From: Escherichia coli
GTDB taxonomy: Bacteria; Pseudomonadota; Gammaproteobacteria; Enterobacterales; Enterobacteriaceae
Reading direction: 5' to 3' (one strand)
NCBI RefSeq assembly: GCF_041248615.1
Contig: NZ_CP158426.1
DNA: 64,000 bases
The position numbers and the translations under genes were made by a program. Under the pieces are notes generated by a model that saw only the letters and a list, made by a program, of their open reading frames with translations, did not search any database and was not told the DNA's origin. This document shows positions 1 through 9,374 of this stretch, piece by piece. Positions within the stretch are counted from its first letter, which is position 1; the number at the start of each line of letters is the position of its first letter.

Positions 1-534
1 TTCCAGCGTATCAAGGCGTTCCTGATAAGTACGTGTGGTGATGATATTGCCGTAAAACTCCGGCGAGGTGTCGAGGTTGTGGTTGTAGTAATCCAGCCCG
101 GCGTTCGCAAGGCGCTGCGCCTGAGATTCACTCAACGTACCCAGCGTCATACACGCCTCCAGGCCCATCGCTTTTACTCCCTGCACCATTTGTTCCAGGT
201 AGGGCATATCGCGTTCGTGGGGATTCTTCCACGCCGCGCCCATGCAGAAGCGCGTCGATCCTGCCGCTTTCGCTTTGCGCGCCGACTCCAGCACCTGTTC
301 AACTTCCATCAACCGCTCGGCTTCCAGCCCGGTTTTGTAGCGCGAGCTTTGCGGGCAGTATTTGCAATCTTCCGGACAAGCTCCGGTCTTAATTGACAGC
401 AAAGTGCTGACCTGCACCTGACGTGGATCGAAATGCTGACGATGCACCTGCTGCGCTTCAAACAGCAGATCCAGCAACGGTTTTTCAAATAATTCTGTGA
501 CTTGCGACAATGTCCAGCGTGGGCGGTGAGCCAT
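1..534 (-). CDS. bioB: biotin synthase, N-terminal part (gene runs off the window start)
   Basis: Reverse translation from ATG at 534 reads [20 protein letters not shown]... with a radical-SAM CxxxCxxC motif; divergent from bioA across a palindromic operator. Confidence 0.9.
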
Positions 535-578
535 GGGGCTTCTCCAAAACGTGTTTTTTGTTGTTAATTCGGTGTAGA

Positions 579-614
579 CTCGTAAACCTAAATCTTTTCA
601 ATTTGGTTTACAAG
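579..614. promoter_or_regulatory. bio operator (BirA binding palindrome) in the bioB-bioA divergent promoter region
   Basis: Inverted repeat CTCGTAAACC...GGTTTACAAG between the divergent bioB and bioA starts. Confidence 0.6.
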
Positions 615-620
615 TCGATT

Positions 621-1910
621 ATGACAACGGACGATCTTGCCTTTGACCAACGCCATATCTGGCACCCATACACATCCATGACCTCCCCGCTACCGGTTTA
701 TCCGGTGGCGAGCGCCGAAGGTTGCGAGCTAATTTTGTCTGACGGCAGACGCCTGGTTGACGGTATGTCGTCCTGGTGGGCGGCGATCCACGGTTACAAT
801 CACCCGCAGCTTAATGCGGCTATGAAGTCGCAAATTGATGCCATGTCGCATGTGATGTTTGGCGGTATCACTCATGCGCCAGCCATTGAGCTGTGCCGCA
901 AACTGGTGGCGATGACGCCGCAACCGCTGGAATGCGTTTTTCTCGCGGACTCCGGTTCCGTAGCGGTGGAAGTGGCGATGAAAATGGCGTTGCAGTACTG
1001 GCAAGCCAAAGGCGAAGCGCGCCAGCGTTTTCTGACCTTCCGCAATGGTTATCATGGCGATACCTTTGGCGCGATGTCGGTGTGCGATCCGGATAACTCA
1101 ATGCACAGTCTGTGGAAAGGCTATCTGCCAGAAAACTTGTTTGCTCCCGCCCCGCAAAGCCGCATGGATGGTGAATGGGATGAACGCGATATGGTGGGCT
1201 TTGCCCGCCTGATGGCGGCGCATCGTCATGAAATCGCCGCAGTGATCATTGAACCGATTGTCCAGGGCGCAGGTGGGATGCGCATTTACCATCCGGAATG
1301 GTTAAAACGAATCCGCAAAATGTGCGATCGTGAAGGTATCTTGCTGATTGCCGACGAGATCGCCACCGGATTTGGTCGTACCGGTAAACTGTTTGCCTGT
1401 GAACATGCAGAAATCGCGCCGGACATTTTGTGCCTCGGTAAAGCCTTAACTGGCGGCACGATGACCCTTTCCGCCACGCTCACCACGCGCGAGGTTGCGG
1501 AAACCATCAGTAACGGCGAAGCCGGCTGCTTTATGCATGGGCCAACTTTTATGGGCAATCCGCTGGCCTGCGCAGCAGCAAACGCCAGCCTGGCGATTCT
1601 TGAATCTGGCGACTGGCAGCAGCAGGTGGCGGCTATTGAAGCGCAGCTACGCGAGCAACTTGCCCCCGCCTGTGACGCCGAAATGGTTGCCGATGTGCGC
1701 GTACTGGGGGCAATCGGTGTGGTCGAAACCACTCGTCCGGTGAATATGGCAGCGCTGCAAAAATTCTTTGTCGAACAGGGTGTCTGGATCCGGCCTTTTG
1801 GCAAACTGATTTACCTGATGCCGCCCTATATTATTCTCCCGCAACAGTTGCAGCGTCTGACCGCAGCGGTTAATCGTGCGGTGCAGGATGAAACATTTTT
1901 TTGCCAATAA
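621..1910 (+). CDS. bioA: adenosylmethionine-8-amino-7-oxononanoate aminotransferase
   Basis: ATG at 621, protein [20 protein letters not shown]..., PLP aminotransferase class III; 429 aa. Confidence 0.95.
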   Translation: MTTDDLAFDQRHIWHPYTSMTSPLPVYPVASAEGCELILSDGRRLVDGMSSWWAAIHGYNHPQLNAAMKSQIDAMSHVMFGGITHAPAIELCRKLVAMTPQPLECVFLADSGSVAVEVAMKMALQYWQAKGEARQRFLTFRNGYHGDTFGAMSVCDPDNSMHSLWKGYLPENLFAPAPQSRMDGEWDERDMVGFARLMAAHRHEIAAVIIEPIVQGAGGMRIYHPEWLKRIRKMCDREGILLIADEIATGFGRTGKLFACEHAEIAPDILCLGKALTGGTMTLSATLTTREVAETISNGEAGCFMHGPTFMGNPLACAAANASLAILESGDWQQQVAAIEAQLREQLAPACDAEMVADVRVLGAIGVVETTRPVNMAALQKFFVEQGVWIRPFGKLIYLMPPYIILPQQLQRLTAAVNRAVQDETFFCQ

Positions 1911-1968
1911 CGGGAAGTCAGCGTGAGGGTTTCTGGCTACACTTTCTGCAAACTAGAAAGGAGGGTTC

Positions 1969-2445
1969 ATGAAACTCATCAGTAATGATCTGCGCGATGG
2001 CGATAAGTTGCCGCATCGTCATGTCTTTAACGGCATGGGTTACGATGGCGATAATATTTCACCGCATCTGGCGTGGGATGATGTTCCTGCGGGAACGAAA
2101 AGTTTTGTTGTCACCTGCTTTGACCCGGACGCGCCAACCGGCTCCGGCTGGTGGCACTGGGTCGTTGTTAACTTACCCGCTGATACCCGCGTATTACCGC
2201 AAGGGTTTGGCTCTGGTCTGGTAGCAATGCCTGACGGCGTTTTGCAGACGCGTACCGACTTTGGTAAAGCCGGATACGGTGGCGCAGCGCCGCCGAAAGG
2301 CGAAACCCATCGCTACATTTTTACCGTTCACGCGCTGGATGTAGAACGTATTGATGTCGATGAAGGTGCCAGCGGCGCGATGGTCGGGTTTAACGTCCAT
2401 TTCCACTCTCTGGCAAGCGCCTCGATTACTGCGATGTTTAGTTAA
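1969..2445 (+). CDS. ybhB: PEBP/YbhB-family protein
   Basis: 158-aa ORF with RBS AGGAGG upstream; last host gene before attR. Confidence 0.9.
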   Translation: MKLISNDLRDGDKLPHRHVFNGMGYDGDNISPHLAWDDVPAGTKSFVVTCFDPDAPTGSGWWHWVVVNLPADTRVLPQGFGSGLVAMPDGVLQTRTDFGKAGYGGAAPPKGETHRYIFTVHALDVERIDVDEGASGAMVGFNVHFHSLASASITAMFS

Positions 2446-2535
2446 TCACTCTGCCAGATGGCGCTATGCCATCTGGTATCACTTAAAGGTATTAAAAACA
2501 ACTTTTTGTCTTTTTACCTTCCCGTTTCGCTCAAG

Positions 2536-2550
2536 TTAGTATAAAAAAGC
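2536..2550. other. attR core (lambda 15-bp common core, reverse orientation)
   Basis: Exact match to reverse complement of GCTTTTTTATACTAA, flanked by host sequence on the ybhB side and lambda P-arm sequence inside. Confidence 0.88.
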
Positions 2551-2694
2551 TGAACGAGAAACGTAAATGATATAAATATCAATATATTAAATTAGATTTT
2601 GCATAAAAAACAGACTACAAAATACTGTAAAACACAACATATGCAGTCACTATGAATCAACTACTTAGATGATATTAGTGACCTGTAACAGAGC
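2551..2694. promoter_or_regulatory. attP P arm (Int arm-type, IHF, Xis/Fis binding region) retained at attR
   Basis: AT-rich sequence adjacent to the core that matches my recollection of the lambda P arm. Confidence 0.6.
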
Positions 2695-2695
2695 A

Positions 2696-2737
2696 TTAGC
2701 GCAAGGTGATTTTTTGTCCTCTTGCGCTAATTTTTTG
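2696..2737 (+). terminator. tI/sib-like rho-independent terminator in the P-arm region
   Basis: Perfect 10-bp stem TTAGCGCAAG/CTTGCGCTAA with 15-nt loop followed by TTTTTT. Confidence 0.55.
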
Positions 2738-3227
2738 TCAACTCACTGGGTTAGTTGAATTTACAACCATGCTCAGTATCTCGATAAGCGCAGGGAGATG
2801 ATGCAGTGGTGGGCGGACTGGCTTGATGAAAGTGTGCTGTAATCCTCATATCCAACCTAAGAGATATGCACAATTTTGTGAATAAGATATTGAGAATTAG
2901 CAAAAGTTTTATTTTGCGTATCATCAATTCAGAATACAAAGTCACATGCTAATGTTCTGCATTGGTATCTTTTGCTTATCCATGTCTACATTATCGCCAA
3001 AATAATAGGTTTTGCCTATCAATTATTTGAATTACTTCCATGAAATTATAACGCACTTGTAATTTTTGATTATTTTTACCTCTCAAGTGTTTTGTTTCTT
3101 CTATCTCTTTGTATTTTTAGCGAAAGTATGCCATATTGCATTCTAATATAACGTGGCGTTGTTTCTGTTTAATGATTTAAATAGTTCAACATAATATTTG
3201 CTAACAAATTATATCCAAGCAAATCAT

Positions 3228-4373
3228 ATGATATTATCATTACAATATATTAGAGGAATAGCATCATTACTTGTTGTTTTATTCCACTTCAGATTCTTGC
3301 TAAATGAGCACTACTCTCAGAAAGATTTGGGTGACCTATTATTTGGGAATGGGCTGTCTGGAGTTGATATATTCTTCATATTAAGTGGATTTATCATCGT
3401 ATACTCAACAAGAAAGAAGGAAGTTAATGATACTTTCTCATTCTCAATTAGAAGAATATTTAGAATATACCCATTACTAATCACATGCTGTTGCATGTAT
3501 TACATAATAAACACTCAATTTCTAACCTATGCTACAGTTGAAAACTTTAGAACCTTACTTATTTCCATCATTCCATTAAATATAAACTGGAATGAAGGCG
3601 CTCCATTCTTTGCCTATAATCTTTTGTACCCGGCCTGGACGATAACATATGAAATTGGTTTCTATGTTTTTTTCGGGGTATCAATGTCTATTTCGCATAA
3701 ATACAGAACAATTATCTGTTCTGTTTTTATAATCATGGTGGTCTCATTTACACAATACTATGTAAATGGAAATATATCATTTTCAGGTGATGTTAGTGCA
3801 GGGTTATTTACAGATAACTGGTTATTAGGATATACAAATGTTATTACATCTCCAATGATGTATGAATTCGTTATTGGGATGTTTCTTTCTGAAATATTTA
3901 CAAACATCAACGAAAGCAAAAGTATTAAAAGGATACTTTCAAAGTATTCGCTTCAAATACTATGGATTTCATGTGGTATATCCATAATATTATTCATTAT
4001 CCAGCGACCTTATGGGCATGGATTGAATGGATTTGGGACTATGGCGATGATACTTATTGCATCATCATTAGTATATGAATACTGCAATATAACACCCAAA
4101 ATAAAAATATTTAATTTCCTTGGTGAAATATCATATTCTTTATATCTAATTCACGCCGTGATACTTGCTTTGTTCTTCTATTATAAGGCAGACCTTGCTG
4201 AAATTGGCATAACTGGTGGATTTTCTGTGTTTTTTTCCTTGGTTATTATCTCAATAACTGCATCATATCCAATATATATTCTCATTGAAAAGCCAATGAT
4301 AAATATAGGTAAACGTTTAATTGACAAGAGAAATAAGAGCATTAACAAAAAAGAAACCGAAATAACAGCGTGA
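3228..4373 (+). CDS. integral membrane acyltransferase, family 3 (putative O-antigen/polysaccharide O-acetyltransferase)
   Basis: Very hydrophobic multi-TM protein; N-terminal R/H motif YIRGIASLLVVLFH typical of acyltransferase family 3; ATG at 3228 chosen over the track's TTG at 3198; AT-rich codon usage. Confidence 0.7.
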   Translation: MILSLQYIRGIASLLVVLFHFRFLLNEHYSQKDLGDLLFGNGLSGVDIFFILSGFIIVYSTRKKEVNDTFSFSIRRIFRIYPLLITCCCMYYIINTQFLTYATVENFRTLLISIIPLNINWNEGAPFFAYNLLYPAWTITYEIGFYVFFGVSMSISHKYRTIICSVFIIMVVSFTQYYVNGNISFSGDVSAGLFTDNWLLGYTNVITSPMMYEFVIGMFLSEIFTNINESKSIKRILSKYSLQILWISCGISIILFIIQRPYGHGLNGFGTMAMILIASSLVYEYCNITPKIKIFNFLGEISYSLYLIHAVILALFFYYKADLAEIGITGGFSVFFSLVIISITASYPIYILIEKPMINIGKRLIDKRNKSINKKETEITA

Positions 4374-4410
4374 TAATGACAAAGTTAGTGCCGGGATACC
4401 CCGGCACTAT

Positions 4411-5748
4411 TTAATCTATTTCGTAAGTGACAGTGATTATCACTTCTGCATTATTACCCAAAACATTTTGATATATATTCATATTACCTGATAATGTAGT
4501 TGCTCCAGTAAGAGTTATATAACTACTATTTGCATCAACCCTTGGAAGTAAAGCGGTAACTGCTGTTGTTAAATTATTATAGTAGCCTGTACTTCCAACA
4601 TATGCAGCTTTATTGCTTGATACATATGGTAACCCTCCAATTCTGAAACCATCTCCTGACCCAATTAAAGTTATACCAAGGTGACATGTTGCCGTTATGA
4701 TATTGCCACTCCTGACATAATTTCCTTTCTGCTGATAATATGTGGCATTACCACCTACAGTCGGAATCCAAACTCCAGTTTCTATATCACCACATGACCA
4801 GTCTTCTGCTGTTGTTAGTTTTCCAGTAACAATAAATTTACTTCCACCACCAGAATTATAAGGAACAAAAATTGGATTTATTCTTGCATAAGTGTTACCG
4901 GTCTGCTCATTAAGATCATTTCTATCAATAAGAACTTGACCATTTTCGAAGTTTGAAATCTGGCAGTCTGTTACACTCCAGTCTCTTAACTTCACATCAG
5001 CATCCATGACACCAATAAGCTTACCAGCATTACCAATTTTTTCTTTATGCATATTTACATACACATTTCTTACCGTAACAGACTGAGGGAACAGATAATT
5101 AGCAGGATTAGTTTTATCACTTAAAACAGATATTACCCAAGGTCTGTATTGAGTACTTACTTCACAATAAAATCCATCAATAAGCGTTCCAGATGCCGCT
5201 GGCCCAAGTAGTATTCCACCTGTAGAGTGATGCGCACTACCTCCAATTACTCTCCCCTTAACGCAGTTAATATAGGCAAAACATCCTAAATCTTGATTGT
5301 CATAGGCTGACATAGCACAGTCTCTAACTGTTACTCGAGAATTTCCTCCGTCATAAGCTGAGCCATCAGTTTTCTTACCAACTATTGATATAAAGTTACC
5401 AATAGCAACTCGACTATAAAAAGTTTTTTTATAACACCCCTCAATTAAAATATCCCAGTTTTCAAACTGAGCATATATATCATAAATGCTGGCATTCCCA
5501 TAATCTATGAAATCACAATATCTTATTTTCGGCGTATAAACGGCACTTTTTATCTTTATACCACCTAATGCTCTCTCCCCACCTGTGAATCTAATGCCAG
5601 TAACGGTGTAATCGCCTTGATAGAAATTATCTGCGGTAGGATTATTTTCGTCAGAATCATCACCCAATATAATAGCAAATTCACTCCCTGAATAATTAAT
5701 TGTCGCCCCCTTATTTGAATATATAGTTACAGGTCTTATAAACTCCAA
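4411..5748 (-). CDS. beta-helix-like protein of unknown function (possible tailspike/depolymerase-like domain); lacks an ATG start, possibly frameshifted or truncated
   Basis: 445-codon ORF whose first codon is TTG; Gly/Asn/Thr/Val-rich repetitive sequence; in-frame upstream TGA; upstream out-of-frame ATG (5831) separated by an A7/T7 tract. Confidence 0.45.
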   Translation of the reverse strand: MEFIRPVTIYSNKGATINYSGSEFAIILGDDSDENNPTADNFYQGDYTVTGIRFTGGERALGGIKIKSAVYTPKIRYCDFIDYGNASIYDIYAQFENWDILIEGCYKKTFYSRVAIGNFISIVGKKTDGSAYDGGNSRVTVRDCAMSAYDNQDLGCFAYINCVKGRVIGGSAHHSTGGILLGPAASGTLIDGFYCEVSTQYRPWVISVLSDKTNPANYLFPQSVTVRNVYVNMHKEKIGNAGKLIGVMDADVKLRDWSVTDCQISNFENGQVLIDRNDLNEQTGNTYARINPIFVPYNSGGGSKFIVTGKLTTAEDWSCGDIETGVWIPTVGGNATYYQQKGNYVRSGNIITATCHLGITLIGSGDGFRIGGLPYVSSNKAAYVGSTGYYNNLTTAVTALLPRVDANSSYITLTGATTLSGNMNIYQNVLGNNAEVIITVTYEID

Positions 5749-6140
5749 AGAATTACTTATCAGATACTCTCCATAAGGAAAAAAATCTCAACTGGTGGTG
5801 AGTACTTTGGTCTGGAGTTTACGTAATTCATAATATTGATTACACCAACATCATAGATAATCGCCACCTTCTGGCGAGGAGCTCCTGATGCAATTAATCG
5901 CCAGGCCTACGCCCATTATTCATGGGTAAATTTTGGACGGAGCCCCCAATTCCATCCTCAATTCTCCCTCGCACTGAGGAGTAGTAAGTGCAATTATTTA
6001 AAAAATCGCAAACAGAATATTATCATTTATTCTTGCATTCTGTTAATTAAAACCACACATAAAAACGTTGATACTTGATAAGTAAGTAGAGTATTATTAA
6101 TGGTTTTAATAACGAACCTTTTAATCATGAGAAGCCTCAA

Positions 6141-7166
6141 ATGACTAGTACCAATAACATAACAAGAAAAAAAATGGATGGAGTAACAATCTTAAGATTT
6201 ATAGCTGCTTTTTATGTGTTTATTTTTCACATTAACATGAGAGTCCCCGTTAATTTTGGAGAGCTTATTAATAAAACCATTAGCAATGGCGTCATTGGCA
6301 TGAGTATTTTCTTCATGCTTTCTGGTTTTGTTTTGACTTATAATTACTATGGTTCCTTGTCAAACAATTACTTCAGGAAGCGAATAGCAAGAATATTTCC
6401 AGCCTATTTATTTTGTGGGCTTTTAACCCTCCCATTTTTGTTATCCAGCGATGCAAGCTTTTTAAAAATGATTGCAAGCATATTCTTGTTTGTTACTGGA
6501 ATGCAATCATGGATTTATCAGACCTTCGATTTTTGGAATTTTAGCGGTACCTGGTCAATATCAGTGGAATTGTTTTTTTATGCCCTGTTTCCATTTTTGA
6601 TAAAAAACATCAACAAAAACAATGTAATTTATGTTTTACTTTTTTCATATTTATCTTCAGCATTATTAATCCCATTATCTGATATAATTCAGGGACCTGT
6701 AGTTTGGTCCGTATATTACGCAACTCCAATATACAGGTTACCAGAATTTGTGGTGGGCGTCTGTATCGCAATACTTTTTTTAAATGGCTATCGTGTTAAC
6801 CATTATACATGGCTATTAAGCATTTTATTATTTCTGTATGCTACCACCCAGCAAAACAATAACTCCATGGGGGTGAACTATCTCACAATTCCTGCGATAT
6901 CAATTATGTTATTGCACCTGGCAAAAATCAACATCAAAAACAACATTGCAAACAGAGCGATCATTTACTTTGGAGATATAAGTTATTCGTTTTATTTGAT
7001 GCAATTACCTATATTATATTACCTGGATCATAATAAAAACTCATTTATTCTTAACTATGGTCTTTTTAGCTGGCTTGTACTTTTTGTTATTAATACTGCA
7101 ATGGCATCATTATCTTATCACTTTCTGGAGAAGAACGATAAAATCAGAAAAATAATTACATCCTGA
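6141..7166 (+). CDS. integral membrane acyltransferase, family 3 (second copy, divergent sequence)
   Basis: 341-aa hydrophobic protein with motif ILRFIAAFYVFIFH; AT-rich. Confidence 0.7.
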   Translation: MTSTNNITRKKMDGVTILRFIAAFYVFIFHINMRVPVNFGELINKTISNGVIGMSIFFMLSGFVLTYNYYGSLSNNYFRKRIARIFPAYLFCGLLTLPFLLSSDASFLKMIASIFLFVTGMQSWIYQTFDFWNFSGTWSISVELFFYALFPFLIKNINKNNVIYVLLFSYLSSALLIPLSDIIQGPVVWSVYYATPIYRLPEFVVGVCIAILFLNGYRVNHYTWLLSILLFLYATTQQNNNSMGVNYLTIPAISIMLLHLAKINIKNNIANRAIIYFGDISYSFYLMQLPILYYLDHNKNSFILNYGLFSWLVLFVINTAMASLSYHFLEKNDKIRKIITS

Positions 7167-7167
7167 T

Positions 7168-7193
7168 TTATTAGGGGGGTACCCCCCTAATAA
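7168..7193. terminator. 26-bp perfect palindrome, candidate bidirectional terminator between convergent genes
   Basis: TTATTAGGGGGGTACCCCCCTAATAA lies between the stop of the + strand acyltransferase (7166) and the stop of the - strand tail fiber assembly gene (7208). Confidence 0.5.
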
Positions 7194-7207
7194 TACACCA
7201 CATAATT

Positions 7208-7603
7208 TCAACGTATTATCTCTGGCCTTTCTGGCCAGGTTATTTCTGGAATTAAGGACAAATCCACTGACATTAAATTATTAACATATTCCTTCCATAA
7301 CAAAAGATTGTTCTTGTTATTTTCACTTATAATACCGAGTAACAAATCTGACTGCCAGTTCATAATTAAACCATTAGCACTATCCAGCAGACACTGTCTT
7401 TCATTCTCTGCCTCACGAAGTAATTCATCATGTGTTTTTGGCGGCTGCGTAGGTGACGAAAGCTTTCCCTTATCATAGAACCAACCAATTCTTACATTAT
7501 CGGATACAGGTATAACTAACGCATTAGTTGGTTGCCAGGCACTCTCACCATCCCATACCGCAATATTGGTAACAACACCATTTTCTATAACGGCATAGTT
7601 CAT
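7208..7603 (-). CDS. tail fiber assembly protein (Tfa-like chaperone)
   Basis: Protein MNYAVIENGVVTNIAVWDGE... resembles the Tfa family N-terminus; immediately downstream of the tail fiber gene with TGATG overlap. Confidence 0.7.
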   Translation of the reverse strand: MNYAVIENGVVTNIAVWDGESAWQPTNALVIPVSDNVRIGWFYDKGKLSSPTQPPKTHDELLREAENERQCLLDSANGLIMNWQSDLLLGIISENNKNNLLLWKEYVNNLMSVDLSLIPEITWPERPEIIR

Positions 7604-8712
7604 CACGCATACTCCCAAATGATTGCAATACCAGCCATTCCGCTACCTCCGGCACGCTGCTGCGTCGCTCCACCGTAGACACAGGCACCACCGCCTCCAC
7701 CACCATGGCCATTAGCATTAATACCTTCGCCTACAATGGCTTGTGACCCAGCCCCCGCACCAAGGATTGAATCGCCGCCAGGCCCCCCCATCGCCAGACT
7801 GCCGGAATACCGAACGCCTGGTGAGCTATAACCGCTTCCAGACCCGATAATATTTGCACCTGTAAATCCCGGCTCAGTATATGCTCCATACGGACCAACA
7901 ACCCCTGGAGCAGTTCCTTCAGCAAGAACATCCCCACCAAGGCCACCTTTGGCAATTATGGTATTGCCGAAAGAGGTTGTTCCCCCGGGAGCACCAACCG
8001 ACGCACTTGCACCAGTGCCACCATATCCGATTGTCACAGTAGTTACGGTTGGATTATCCACGCGAGCTTTAACATACTCCCCGGACATCCCCCCGCCACC
8101 ACAAGCAGCATTATTGGGATAACCGACCTGACAACCACCACCGGCCCCACCACCACCAACAATTTCAACAATAATAAATTTTGTGCCTTTTGTCGGAGTG
8201 TATGTACCTGAGCTTTTAAACACCTGACACTGTATAAGCCTCCCGGAGCCATCTCCCAAACCAAGGTATGCGAGAATGTCATCAATAGTATTTTTGCCGA
8301 TAATATCACGGCCTACCTTAGTGAGGTCGGTCTGCGCAGCCTTATCTGTGCCAGTGAAATACGGTAGCTTATTTGCACCTGTCGCCAGTCCGGCCAGAGC
8401 CGTCAACGTGGCATCAAGCGCCTGATAATCCTTACCGAATGCAGAAGACATTTTGGTAATGAATCCATTCAGGTCGCCATCATCCAATACATCCAGTCCG
8501 CTTTTGTTTGCTGTGTACTGTGCAAGTGCTGCAGCAATAAAGCTGGCCTGCCGAATAACCTTATTGACTTGCGCACTGGAGGCTTTCCCTGCTGTAAATC
8601 CGGATAAAAGCGCGGGCAACGCTTCCCATTCCTCCTGCGATATAACATTGGCATTTCGATCCGTTGCAAACGCTTTAAAGTCATTTTTCGCCATCAGAGT
8701 AATACTCCCCAT
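7603..8712 (-). CDS. tail fiber protein with glycine-rich C-terminal domain
   Basis: 369 aa; conserved fiber N-terminal region then GGxGG-rich repeats; follows baseplate genes. Confidence 0.7.
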   Translation of the reverse strand: MGSITLMAKNDFKAFATDRNANVISQEEWEALPALLSGFTAGKASSAQVNKVIRQASFIAAALAQYTANKSGLDVLDDGDLNGFITKMSSAFGKDYQALDATLTALAGLATGANKLPYFTGTDKAAQTDLTKVGRDIIGKNTIDDILAYLGLGDGSGRLIQCQVFKSSGTYTPTKGTKFIIVEIVGGGGAGGGCQVGYPNNAACGGGGMSGEYVKARVDNPTVTTVTIGYGGTGASASVGAPGGTTSFGNTIIAKGGLGGDVLAEGTAPGVVGPYGAYTEPGFTGANIIGSGSGYSSPGVRYSGSLAMGGPGGDSILGAGAGSQAIVGEGINANGHGGGGGGACVYGGATQQRAGGSGMAGIAIIWEYA

Positions 8713-9374
8713 GCTCCTACATCAAAACCACTGATGAATTCGTTATCCATATCAAAACCAAAAAATTTTGAGCCTTCCGATGGGGTTTCCACCGAAGGTG
8801 TTTCAATGCCACCCGCCCATACCCCGGCAGCTTTTACTGTGAGATACCCCTGTTTAATTGCCGCAATTAACTCACGCGATACATCTGAAATATCAGTATC
8901 AGGAAAGACCCAGACCGATATCGTCATGTCCTGGTTATCGACTATCTGCATTCGCAGTCCGGATCCTACTGTCGCCGCGTCAAGAATTGCTGGAAGCGAA
9001 TCATTCCGTCCGTCCCAGTTATTAATCGCAATCTTCGCTTTAAGGATGACACGATAAGTTTCATCGCTGAGGTACATGTATCCGGAATCAGGATCGTATG
9101 GCCCCTGCCATACACCCTGATCATATCCAAGCCCGTCGGTATCCCAGCTGAAATAGACACCTGAGATAGGCTGGCTGACAACACGGCTACGTCCGATCCA
9201 CAATCCAAGAATGTCAAGTTGCACACCAACCGCAGAGTCAATATCAAATGCAGTAATCAGCCCTCTGGTGGCAGCCGCAACATCAATAAGCGGCCGGGTC
9301 ATCAGATCAACATGTGCAAGAAATTTAGGTTTGGTGGCGTGGTAGTTCGTGATCAGTTCGGTGTATTTGCTCAT
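8694..9374 (-). CDS. baseplate/tail protein (gpI or Mu gp48-like)
   Basis: 226-aa ORF between the baseplate J-like gene and the tail fiber gene; position-based. Confidence 0.55.
   Translation of the reverse strand: MSKYTELITNYHATKPKFLAHVDLMTRPLIDVAAATRGLITAFDIDSAVGVQLDILGLWIGRSRVVSQPISGVYFSWDTDGLGYDQGVWQGPYDPDSGYMYLSDETYRVILKAKIAINNWDGRNDSLPAILDAATVGSGLRMQIVDNQDMTISVWVFPDTDISDVSRELIAAIKQGYLTVKAAGVWAGGIETPSVETPSEGSKFFGFDMDNEFISGFDVGAWGVLL

Noticed and set aside
729-1907. Reverse-strand ORFs within bioA and forward ORF 79..396 within bioB
   Set aside because: Overlap well-established host genes on the opposite strand; no independent support.
2751-2945. 64-aa reverse-strand ORF in the AT-rich region beyond the P arm
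   Set aside because: Lies in AT-rich non-coding sequence next to the sib-like terminator; no RBS; low-complexity translation typical of a spurious ORF.
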